Shown in pieces: positions 24,927 through 36,304 of a stretch of DNA of 64,000 nt (positions are counted from its first letter, which is position 1; every line of letters begins with the position of its first letter). The position numbers and the translations under genes are program-made. Location: the NCBI RefSeq assembly GCF_009834535.1, contig NC_045696.1, forward strand, positions 37,450,001 through 37,514,000, given 5' to 3'. Source of the DNA: Camelus ferus (lineage: Eukaryota). A model generated the notes under the pieces. The model did no database searches, was not told the origin of the DNA, and was given only the letters and a program-made list of their open reading frames with translations.

Positions 24927-25867
24927 CACATCTATTTTATCCAGACATCTGTTGACAGACATTTAGGTTGTTTCCATGTCTTGGCTATTGTAAATAGTGC
25001 TGCTATGAACATTGGGGTGCATATGCCCTTTCAAATTATAGTTTGCTCTGGGTGTATGCCCAGGAATGGGATTGCTGGATCATAATAAGTCTATTTTTAG
25101 TTTTTTAAGGAGCCTCCATACTGTCCTCCATAGTGGGTGCACCAATTACACTCCCACCAACAGTGGGACAGGGACTGGGTTCCCTTTTCTCCACATCCTC
25201 TCCAGAATTTATTACTTGTAGCTTTTTTAATGATGGACATTCTGATTGGTGTGAGACGATACCTCACTGAAGTTTTGATTTGCATTTCTCTAATAATTAG
25301 CATCTTTTCAAGCCTATCGGCCATCTGGATGTTTTCTTTGGAGAAATGTCTTTTTAGGTCTTCTACCCATCTTTTGAAAGGGTTGCTTTTTTTTTGATAG
25401 TAAGCTACATGAGCTCTTTGTATAATTTGGAAATTAGTCCCTCATCAGTCATGTCATTTGAAAATATTTTCCCCCATTGTGTAGGTTGTCTTTTTGTTTT
25501 GTTTATGGTTTCCTTTGCTGTGCAAAAGCTTTTAAGTCTAATTAGGTTCCATTTGTTTATTTTTGCTTCTATTTCTATTACTTTAGGAGCCGATTCAAAA
25601 AAATATTGCTGAAATTTACGTCAAAGAATGTTCTGCCTAGGTTTTTCACTAGGAATTTTATAGTATCCAGTCTTACATTTAGATCTTTAATCCATTTTGA
25701 ATTTATTTTTGCATATGGTGTTGAGAATGTTCTAACTTCATTCTTTTACATGTAGCTGTCCAGTTTTCCCAGCACCACTTATTGAAGAGACTTCTCTTTT
25801 CTCTAATGTATAATCTTCCCTCCTCTGTTGTTGATTAATTCACCATAAGGGCATGGGTTGATTTCTG
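24601..25867 (-). mobile_element. LINE-1 no. 1, non-inverted 3' part (ORF2 C-terminus and 3' UTR)
   Basis: Minus-strand ORF 25097-25324 ([20 protein letters not shown]...HCWWECNW) is the ORF2 cysteine-rich C-terminal region; G-rich 3' UTR tract; A-rich end at 24601-24612; internal (TG)n near 24884-24923. Confidence 0.95.
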
Positions 25868-28403
25868 GACTGAAAGGAAGGAGATGGAAAAAGGTATTCC
25901 ACACAATAGAAATAAAAAAAAAAAAAAAGCTGGATTCGCAATACTTATATCAGGCAAAATCGACTTTAAAATAAAGACTATTATAAGACACAAAGAAGGA
26001 CACTATATAATGCTCAAGGGATCAATCAAAAAAGATGATGTAATAATTATAAACATATATGCACCCACCAAAGGAGCACCTCAATATATGAGGCAACTGT
26101 TAACAGACATAAAAGTAGAAACTGACAGCAACACAATAATAGTAGGCAACATTCATACCCCACTTACATCAATGGACAGATTATCCAGACAGAAAATCAA
26201 TAAGGAAACACAGGCCTTAAATGATACAACAGACCAGATGGACTTAATTGATATTTACAGAGCATTATTTCCAAAAGTATCAGAATATACATTTTTCTGA
26301 AGTGACACAGAACATTCTGGAGGCTAGATCACATATTGGCCCACAAAGCAAGCTTCCATAAATTTAAGAAAACTGAAATCATATCAAACATCTTTTCTAA
26401 CCACAATGTGATGAAATTTGAAATCAACTATAAGAAAAAGAACTGTAAAAGACAAAAAAATGTGGAGGCTAAACAATATGCTACTAAACAACCAATGGAT
26501 CACTAAAGAAATCAAAACGGAAATCAAAAAAAAAAACTTAGACACAAATGAAAATGAAAATACGATGATCCAAAACCTCTGGGACACAGAAAAAGAAGTT
26601 CTCAGAGGGAAGTTTATAGCAATACAAGTTTATCTCAGGAATCAAGAAAAATCTCAAACAAACAACTTAAGTTTACACCTAAGGCAACTAGAGAAAGAAG
26701 AACAAAAAAAATGCAAAGTTAGTAAAAGGAAAGAAATCATAAAGATTAGAACAGAAATAAGTGAAATAGAGACTAAAAACAAATAGGAAGGCTCAGTGAA
26801 ACTAAAAGCTGGTTCTTTGAAAAGATAAACAAAATCAATAAACCTTTAGTCAGACTCATCAAGAAAAAAAGGGAGAGGGCCCAAATTAATAAAATCAGAA
26901 ATGAAAAAGAAATTATAACCAACACCACAGAAATACAAAGGTCAAAGAGGTTACTGAGAGCAACTATATGCTAACAAAATGGACAACCTAGAAGAAACAG
27001 ACAGCTTCTTAGAAAGGTACAACCTCCAGAGACTGAATCAGGAAGTAATAGAAAACATGAACAGACAAATTACCAGCACTGAAATGGAATCAGTAATTAA
27101 GAAGAAGAAAAAAAAAAAAAAACTCCCAAAACAAAAGTCCAGGAGCAGATGGCTTCACAGGGGTAGAATACCAAACCTTTAGAGAAGAGTTAACACCTAT
27201 CCTTCTGAAACTGTTCCAGAAAATTGCAGGGGAAGAAACATTTCCCAATTCATTCTATGTGGCCACTATCACCCTGACACAAAACCAGACAAATATATCA
27301 CAAAAAAGAAAATTATAGATCAATTTCACTTATGAAAATAGATGCAAAAATCCTCAACAAAATACTAGCAAATTGACTCCAATAGTACATTCAAAAGATC
27401 ATACATCATGATCAAGTGGGATTTATCCCAGGGATGCAAGGTTTTTTCAATGTCCACAAAACGATCAATGTGATCTACTACATTAACAAATTGAAGAATG
27501 AAAACAATATGATCACCTCAATAGATGCAGAAAAGGCTTTTGATAAAGTTTGACATCCAATTATTATAAAAACTCTCCAGAAAGTGGGCATAGAGTGGAC
27601 ATACCTCAACATAATAAAGGCCATATATGACAAACCCACAGCTAACACTGTACTAAATGGTGAAAAACTGAAAGCATTTCCTCTAAGATCAGGAACAAGA
27701 CAAGGATGTTCACTCTTACCACTTTTATTCAATATAGTTTTGGAAGTCCTACCCACAGCAATCAGAGAAGAAAAAGAAATAAAAGGAATCTAAATTGGAA
27801 AAGAAGAAGTACAACTGTCACTGTTTGCAGATGACATAATACTATAAATAAAAAATCCTACAGAGGCTACCAGAAAACTACTAGATCTCATCAATGAATT
27901 CAGTAAAGTTGCAGGATACAAAATTAATATACAGAAATCAGTTGCATTTCTATATACTAACAATAAAAAAGCAGAAAAAGAAATTAAGGAAACAATTCCA
28001 TTTACCATTGCATCAAAAGAAATAAAATACCTAGGAATAATCCTACCTAAGGAGGCAAAGGACCTGTACTCCAAAAACTATAAGACAGTGATGAAAGAAA
28101 TTGAAGATAACACAGATGAGAAGCTATACTGTGCTCTTGGGTTGGAAGACTCAAACTGTTAAAATGGCCATATTGCCCAAGGCAATATACAGATTCAGTG
28201 GAATCCTTATCAAATTGCCAATGACATTTTTCACAGAACTGGAACACAAATTTTTAAAATTTGTATGGAAACACAAAAGACCCTGAACAGCCAAAACAAT
28301 CTTGAGAAAGAAGAAAGGAAATGAAGGAATCAAGCTTCAGACTACACTATCTACAGTAATCAAAACATACATTACTGGCACAAAAACAGACACATAGATC
28401 AAT
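25868..28403 (+). mobile_element. LINE-1 no. 1, inverted 5' part (ORF2 endonuclease to reverse transcriptase, disrupted)
   Basis: Endonuclease motifs (GHYIMLKGSI, NIYAP, IIVG..TPL), [31 protein letters not shown], and FADD codons at 27824-27835; several stops and frameshifts. Confidence 0.97.
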
Positions 28404-31400
28404 AAATTCTTACTAAATATTATTTACTGATTTCATGATTTTAATTTTGCTATTTCTAGATTTTTGACATCTTTAATGAAAACATTATTTCCCCAAGACT
28501 TCTGAGTTCTTGCTTCTTTGCAGATTTAACTCAGGCCCTAATGATAAAGAATCTATTTATAAGAAGCTCTTATTGACCCAACCATTAGGAAGGAACTTAC
28601 TCTATTTTCTTATTGGTTCCACCTCCTCAATTCAGTGTAGCAGCTTAATTCTTACCTTACACTCTAAAAAAGTCTACTTTTGTTTTAAAGGGCACCAAGT
28701 TAGAAGTGAGAAGAATTTGGATTAAGTCCTAGTTCTGCCATTCACTAGCCTGTAGAATACCCAAGTCACATTATTTTTGTAAATTTGATTTCCTTATATT
28801 GAAACTATATAAACGCATACCCAAATATTTTATATTGTGTTATATTATAATTTTTATGTAATTTTATATATTTAACATACAAACAATAAGTCTTACACAA
28901 GCTTATTTTTTATGCTCCTTTAACAAGTATGGGGATTCAAAAGAATATTTAATACAGTAAAAAGTAATATAAACATCAAAATATGTGTTCTGCCACTACA
29001 GAAAAATATGTAGCACCATCTAGTCACTCTTTGTCCCAGAAGAATGTATGATTTATTTGTAAGAATAAACAGTACAATTCAGTATGTATAGTCCATAAAT
29101 TTCAAACTATAAGCATGAGAACATATATTTCAACAAAGGATTTATTAGTAAAATGGTCTTATTTTTTATCTGTTCTTGAGGGAGTGACCATGCTTGCCAT
29201 ATCAGACTCTTATTATGATTGATTGAGCCCTTGCTGTGCTAAGTAATAACTGTAGTGAAAAGGACCTGCCCCTCTATGCAGTAGAATCTAAAATACCTTC
29301 TTCACTTTCCATTTCATCCTCCCACTTCCGTAATTCAATCAAATGTATTTCTATGATCACATATTTAGCTTCTCATTTATTTTTAATACAGATTCATAAT
29401 ACATAAAATCATAGCACTCAAATTTAATTGGAAATTTTTCATAATTATAACTATTACAATTTATTATTAGTGATTTCTCACACTTCTGATTTCTACTACA
29501 TATGACATGTTGCTGTTGCTATGTTATAATTGCCTTTAATTAATACCTACAAGTTTTAGCTAATCTTTAACTTCACTTGGGAAAATGAAGAGAATAGTGG
29601 TATTCTATTACTCCTGAGATGAAAATATTTTTGACAAGATTATTTTATTTTTTAAAAATGTAGTGTAATGTCGTAAATACTTCCTATAATATAATACTAT
29701 AAACACCAAGTTCAAATGAAATAGGTCAAGTCAATCTAGAAATTAAAAAAAAATTAAATATATGTGTACATAGTATTTTTAACAATATAATAAAGAGAAC
29801 TCAAAATATTGGAGAAAATTCCTTTCCGAATTGGTGTAAACCCTGAATTATAGATTTTTTAAAAATACAGTTTTACTCTAAAACTATCACGTTTATACTG
29901 TACATCTGATGAAGAATCCTTATCTAGGTGAATCCCTTGTGGGAACTGTACTGCTTAGATAAGAACTGTTTAAGATTAGCATTTCAATTATTTGACAGCA
30001 AACAGGAGCTTCAAAAGTGCTTTAAGAGCTCTAAAACACTTATTATCTTAAGTAGGTTGAAATAGTCTTCACTTTATGCATACTATTAATTTGATTAACA
30101 AATTCTTTCCTTATAGAGCTCATAGAGATAAACGTCAGCCTGAAACAAAGCTGAAGCACTGTAAATTCTAAATTAGATCCATGCAATTTAATGAGATCTT
30201 AATGTAGTTCTTCCCTAAACCTGCACGGAAGTACTCAGGCTCCTGGTACTCTGAGTTACCACGAGAGAGTGGTATAGGGTAAATGCAGGTTTATTCACAA
30301 ATTACATACCTGTAGTGTACTGCTTTAATATTTCTTAAGTATTTGTATAACAAAATAAGGGATTTATACACATTTTAGAATAGTATTCCTACAGTTCTAA
30401 TGTTAGAGAAAAAAAGGCAAAACATTCTTTTAGTAGGAAATTGACACAACAGGAAACTGATGCTGTCTATAAAATACAAGCAAAAGCAAAGACCCATATA
30501 TTTTGAATGAAGCTAGCAACTTTATATGTATTCCTTTTTGAAGTAGTAATTATTATTTTAAATACAACACAGTGGACTAGTGATACCAGGGAAAAGACCA
30601 ACATCCATCTAGATACACGCTATTAGGGACTCATATTTGTGGACTGGCATACCATTCCCACAATAATAAAAGCAAGGCTCCACACTAGGATACATGGATT
30701 GGTCGGATCTCCGGCAGATTCACTCAGCATGTCAGAAGAGCGAGACTTTCCCATCCTGGGGTTTCCTCAAGCAGCCCTCCCAATGACTTTGTAGAACAGG
30801 CATAGCCAAGAAGATACAGATCTAAAAGATTTATTAACTACCTAGTGCCAACAAGACAGAAATGTGGGAGAAGTAACTTAGCGACAGAATTAACACATCT
30901 TCAGATCTCCAGCTGGTCTTCAACTAGTGGGCTTAGCTATCTATAATTATACATGTTACCAAATGCCTCTTTCTTTGTTTCCCCTTTCAACTCATCCAGG
31001 TTACTGCTTGGTTCTAAAGCCGGGGTGAGATATGTACTACCCAGGGTGGTCTCATAGTGCTGTATACTTCAAGGACCAACTTACCGCTGAAACACTTACT
31101 GCCTTGTATTATTACCAAGGCACTTACTAAATAATAAAAACTAACTACTTATTTTTCAACTTGTATTTAAACCTGAATGTGACACTATGTTTTGTTAACT
31201 GTATTTCTCGTCACTTTACACACCATCAGTTTTTGCATGATTGAATTTTGAGAGGTTTCATTGGACTCGCATATCATCTGAATCAGTACACTAATGCTGT
31301 GTTATAATCAGATGGCTGTGATCTTTCTCACTCAGAAGAGGCTGCTGCTGTAATTAACCTAGACATTGGGCCCTGTTCCATAGGATGTGGCTTTTTTCGT

Positions 31401-33209
31401 ATGAAATTGCTAAAAGTCTTTAAACTGTGTGTGACAAAAATTGAGTGAATTACCTCTGAACTTATAATTAAGTATGTGACAGTTGATTTGAGCTTTTCCT
31501 TCAGAAGGGCTCACGGGGTGATGCTCCGTGACTTATTCATTTAAGTAGATATGTTACAGATTAAGTGGGATTACACAATTTTTAAGACCATAAATTCCCC
31601 TATTAAATGAAAATCTTTTTTTTTTACTTTAGATGCTTTTAAGTTCCCAATAATACTAATAGTATGACGTGTATGTAGACAGTTCCCAAATCAATAAAAT
31701 CTTTATCTGAAGCTATGTTAGACCAAATAGATAAGAATATTGATAAATGTTACAGACATTTTCCATGACACTTGAAATTTAATTTTACAGGTATCAGAGA
31801 GTTGACACTATGGATGTAAGATATCATTGGCGTGTCTATTTGACCAACAGACATCAATTTGCATAAAATACACTCTATGCCAACAGCACTTTAATTAGAA
31901 GGAAAGTGTTGGTGCTTTCCTACATAGCTAGTTTTAGAAGTCTAGGACAAACAGATTTTAAGGGAAAAAAAAATACAACCTTATCAAATCAAAGTTTGAT
32001 GAAATTCTCTTCAACTGAAACCTTGAATAATAATGATTTACATGGGAGAAACAAACCAAAAATAACAACAAAAGTTTACCTTCAGGCAGCATTTTTCCCA
32101 TGTCTTACAAATGGAATAACACTTCAAACTTTAATTCAGAAAATGCTGAATCCTGATTATTGACTAATAGATTCTGGTTAAATGTCGGTTTCAGTTACCT
32201 TTTTACTTCGAAAAACAGTGCAGTCTTACCAAGATCATTTGAAATTTGGCATAAGTGAGCTCTGTGACAAGAAATTCTTACAGAAGTCACAGTTTAATGC
32301 AACAAGCTAAAGAATTCATTCCCAGCCGAGCATAACAGAAGAAACACAGAAGAAATGCTGGTGTTAGAAGCCTAACTGACTGCCTAAGGTGAGGTCCTCC
32401 CAGGCCATGAGAAGCAGAGTTAAGATTTAGCCAGCTTTTTATATCTCTAAGCCAGATGTCCTTGAAACTCCAGCTATAGACGAAGAAATTCAAGAAAAGA
32501 GAGAGAAGCTATTGCCTGAGGAGTACCGTTAGTAGGAAAACCAATGCTCATGTTATTTCCATTATCCATTTTTCTTTTCAGCTTCAATGTGCTTCATTAT
32601 GAATTTATCCTATGATACCACGAAAAGTTAGTTGGAAAAAATATATATCCAGGTTTAATAAAGAAAATTCAATCAATTCTGTATGTTATAGTCAATCCAG
32701 AGAGCAAATATAGTGCCCCATGGTTTTGAAGATGATACTGAGGATTACAACGTCCTTGAGCATATGCAGAGAGACTGGAGAAGGAAAATAAGGAGAGGAG
32801 AAAGTAGCCTGTGTATGCGACCTTTCCAGTGAAGTTAGTTAATGATCATAGTGCCCTGGATTCTTAGTCTTCTAAATATTTTGTGCTATTTACAAACACT
32901 ATTTCTATTTTGTTTATAAAGCATATCTAATTTAACTAAGAGTCAGAGATATTTCTAGAAGAAATGTCCTCCATCCTCAAATCACCTTCTGAACAAGAAA
33001 CCTTCCTCCAGTAAACCTGCAATCATACCTCTCAGCTTGCTTGTCTTGTGATAGAACACTTACAGAGCGGCCATTCTCTGTCACCACCCCAACACTGCCA
33101 TGCCATCATCGCCTAGTGTTCCATGCCTATAATTTAGTTTTAGGAGAAACTGAAGGGGTAATACTCTTACTGGTATATAAAATATCTGTGCTATACGTGG
33201 GTAGATCAT

Positions 33210-34175
33210 ATTTTTACTGTAATTTTTATCAAGGTAAAATTTATATACAGTGAAATACACACATCTCAAGCATTGAGTTTGATGATTTTTGTCAAGGTTA
33301 AACCACAAAGTCCAAACTCCAATTAAGATATAAAGTATTTCCTTATCTCAGAAAGTTTCTTTCTTCTTCCTTTTTAGATAGATTTTGCCAGCCTAGAAGT
33401 AAGTACTGTCCTATTTCTATCATCATATATTCATATAGTATTCATTTATTCATATAGTATGACCAATATATGGTAAAAATCAATATTCTTAAATATAGCA
33501 CTTTTAGTGGGTGTGAAATATTATCTTATTGTGATCTGAATTTTTAATTACCTAACGACTAATAATAAGAAGCACCTTTTCATGTATTATTGTCTATATA
33601 TATATATATATACACTCTTTATAACCATCTTTTAACCATTCTTTATTTTGAATTTAAAATTTGATTTTTATTTAAAATTAGCCAAGTTTAAGTAGGTTGT
33701 ATATCTCCTTATTATGGAATTATTAGTGTTTTTGAATATTCAAGCCCTTTGATAGACATATGTATCAATATTTTCTCTCAGATTATGGCTTGAATATTCA
33801 TTTTCCTACTGCTACATTTTATGGAGTTAAATTTTTTGATGAGGTCTAACTTATCATTTTGTTTCAATTATGGTTAGTGATTTCTGTGTCCTCTCAGATA
33901 AAATTTTGCTACCCAAAGATGGATAATATATTACTCCAAGTGTTCTCTCAGATACTTTGTACTTTTAGCTTTTATGTTTAGGGTCTATAATCTCAGCTCA
34001 GGATAATTTTTGTACAGTCGTAAGATAGATGTCAAAGTTCATTTTTCTATGTGGTTATGCAGTTGTCTAGTGCCTTAATAGAAAAAGTTTTCACTTCCCA
34101 TAAATTGCTTTGGGGAATTTGTGAATCTTCAAATAACTGTGGATGTGTGGGTACATTTCCAGACACTATCGTGTC
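33210..34175 (-). mobile_element. Old LINE-1 (L1M) 3' part
   Basis: Starts with an L1M-type terminal sequence (taatttttatcaaggtaaaatttatatacagtgaaat); antisense ORF2 C-terminal blocks (ttttagtgggtgtgaaatattatcttattgtg; tttagcttttatgtttaggg). Confidence 0.8.
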
Positions 34176-34179
34176 CTTA

Positions 34180-34490
34180 GATATATAAGACTTATTCAGT
34201 ACAATAAGGCAAGGAAAGGAAAAAAGAGGCATACAGATTGAAAAGAAAGAAAACTATACTGATTTGCAGATGTCATGACTATGTACATAAAAAACCCCAA
34301 GAATCAACAAAAAAAACTTTAAGAACTAATAACTGAGTTCTCAAATTTGTAGAATAAAACATCAACACACAAAAATTGATTATATTTTTATATATTAGCA
34401 ACAAACATGTAGGAACAGAAATTTAAAACACAACAGCAATTATGCTGGAAAATAAATGAAATATTCAAGTATCAATATAACATGTACATG
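34180..34490 (+). mobile_element. LINE-1 reverse transcriptase fragment, opposite orientation to its neighbours
   Basis: agtacaataaggcaagg...tttgcagatgtcatg (degraded FADDM)...aagaactaataactgagttc. Confidence 0.85.
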
Positions 34491-34491
34491 T

Positions 34492-34725
34492 GAATGAGGC
34501 TTTTCCAGGGAACTGTGAGACAGATCAAATGCTCTAGAGATGGAAATTTATGAAGAACTCCAAACAGTGTGCCCCATCCAGCGGCTGCAAGGTGATGGCT
34601 ATCATAACTGTACCATGGTTGCAAGAATACTGGCTTTCAAGACTATCCCAAAGCTGAAGGTGTAGGTCAAATTAAGACACCCCAATTTCTGCTGTTCTTA
34701 CTGAGGTTCAGTTGGTTTTCACTCT
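34492..34725 (-). mobile_element. Probable L1M 5' UTR fragment
   Basis: ggctgcaagg...gttgcaagaatactggctttcaag...ctgttcttactgaggttcag resembles the antisense 5' UTR of old L1M families (recall only). Confidence 0.5.
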
Positions 34726-34799
34726 GAAACAACTGCAAGAAAACCTGCCTTGATAAAAGCACAGCAAGGAAAACAATTGTGCCTGAGAAGTGAAATGAC

Positions 34800-35260
34800 T
34801 AGTCAGCTATCATTGGAATTCACAACCTATTTTAAACATGCCTATAAATTATTTGATATTCCTCCCTTTAGGAGACAGAACCTAAGTTTCTGCCCATTGA
34901 GATGGGCTGGACTTGGTTATTTCTAATAAACATAGTAGAGAAAGTGACAGTGTGTGGCTTCAAAGTCTAGATGTTTCCCCTTTCTTCTTTCTTTCTTTGA
35001 TTTTCATTCTACTCAGTCTATGTTGAGATCAGCTCTATGAAGAAGTACATGTTACAAACAAATGAAGTCTACAGCCAACAGCTAAGTGAGTGAGATTTCT
35101 TGAGAGCAGATCACTGAGCCTTGACAACAACTTGACTACAATCTTATGAGAGACTATTATCAAGTATCACTCAGATAAATTGCTCTCAGATTGCTGACCC
35201 TCAGAAACATTGTATGCTGCTAGATTTTTTCGTAATACATATATAACATGCAGCCCAAAT
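34800..35260 (+). mobile_element. MLT1-type (ERVL-MaLR) LTR
   Basis: aaattatttgatattcctccc...ttgagatgggctggactt...acaacttgactacaatcttatgagagac...ctgaccctcagaaac. Confidence 0.65.
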
Positions 35261-35849
35261 TTCTAGCACTCACAAAGTTTAAAAAACTCAAGCTGTGAAT
35301 TTAATATATCTGCTCAATAGAATTCTAGTTTTTTGATGGAAATAAAAAATTCTCTCTGGATAAACACAACATCATTCTTACAGAATTCCCAAAGAATTCA
35401 CACAAATATTTTCAAAAGAAAATGAAAAAATATATATATAAAATATTTCTAAGGAAATAGGACACTTCAATTGAAAATGCATATAAAAATTGAACTAACA
35501 GAATTATAATAATTATTTATATTGTAATTAAAAGAAACGAATGTAAGAAAGGAAGATAGTATTCTTGTTATTTTCTGAAAATAATAAAAGCAATTTGAAG
35601 AAATTCTGAGGAAAATTGTAAGTAATACATAGCAAATCTGAAATAAATACATTGCAAAAATAAAATATGCACTAACTGAAAAAAAATTCAGTGTTCAGGT
35701 TTAAAAGCTGACTAGACATAGCCAAAGAGATAAACAGTTGAATTTTAAAGTAGATTATAAGTTTTCCACAATGCAGCACAGAGAGAAGAAAAAAAGAGAA
35801 AGAGAGGTTAAGAGATATGAAGTATGGAGTAAGAGGGTTGAATACATAT

Positions 35850-36069
35850 TGTTGGTGAAATAAAATTAAAAATATCCTGCCAATCCCAAACCATCTTCAG
35901 AAAAGAAGGGAAAGGATGCAGTTCTTATTGAATAAGAATTTAAAATGTGAGTACAGAATAGACAATCAGCTGGAGATTGTGAAGAAAGAAAGAAATCTCA
36001 TCCTTTTACATAGCGGATGCAGCCCTTCTCACACAAGATCTCAGGTAAACAATAGATAGTCCTCAAGTC
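35850..36069 (-). mobile_element. MER31/MER67-like LTR fragment
   Basis: aaatatcctgccaatcc...ttattgaataag...agaaagaaatctcatccttttacatagc...tagtcctcaag. Confidence 0.6.
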
Positions 36070-36304
36070 CAGAGACACACACACATAAAGAGAATACAAT
36101 GAGAAGAGATGAAAAAACCAGACAACCATCTTCAAGGCGAGGAGAGAGACCCAGAACAGATTCTTCCCTCAAAGCCCTCAGCAGGAATCAACCCTGCAGA
36201 CACTTTGGAGACTTCTAGTTTCTGAGTCTGTGAGACAATAAATTTTTGTTGTTTAAGCCACCAAGTTTCTGGCATTTTGATATAGCAGCCCCCAAAACTA
36301 ATAT
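36070..36304 (+). mobile_element. MLT1A/B-like LTR, 3' half
   Basis: cagattcttccctcaaagccctcagcaggaatcaaccctgc...tgtgagacaataaatttttgttgtttaagccacc...atagcagccc. Confidence 0.85.

Noticed and set aside
25884..28333. L1 ORF2 pieces as a functional or domesticated gene
   Set aside because: Multiple stops and frameshifts, missing N-terminus, and physically inverted relative to the C-terminal part.
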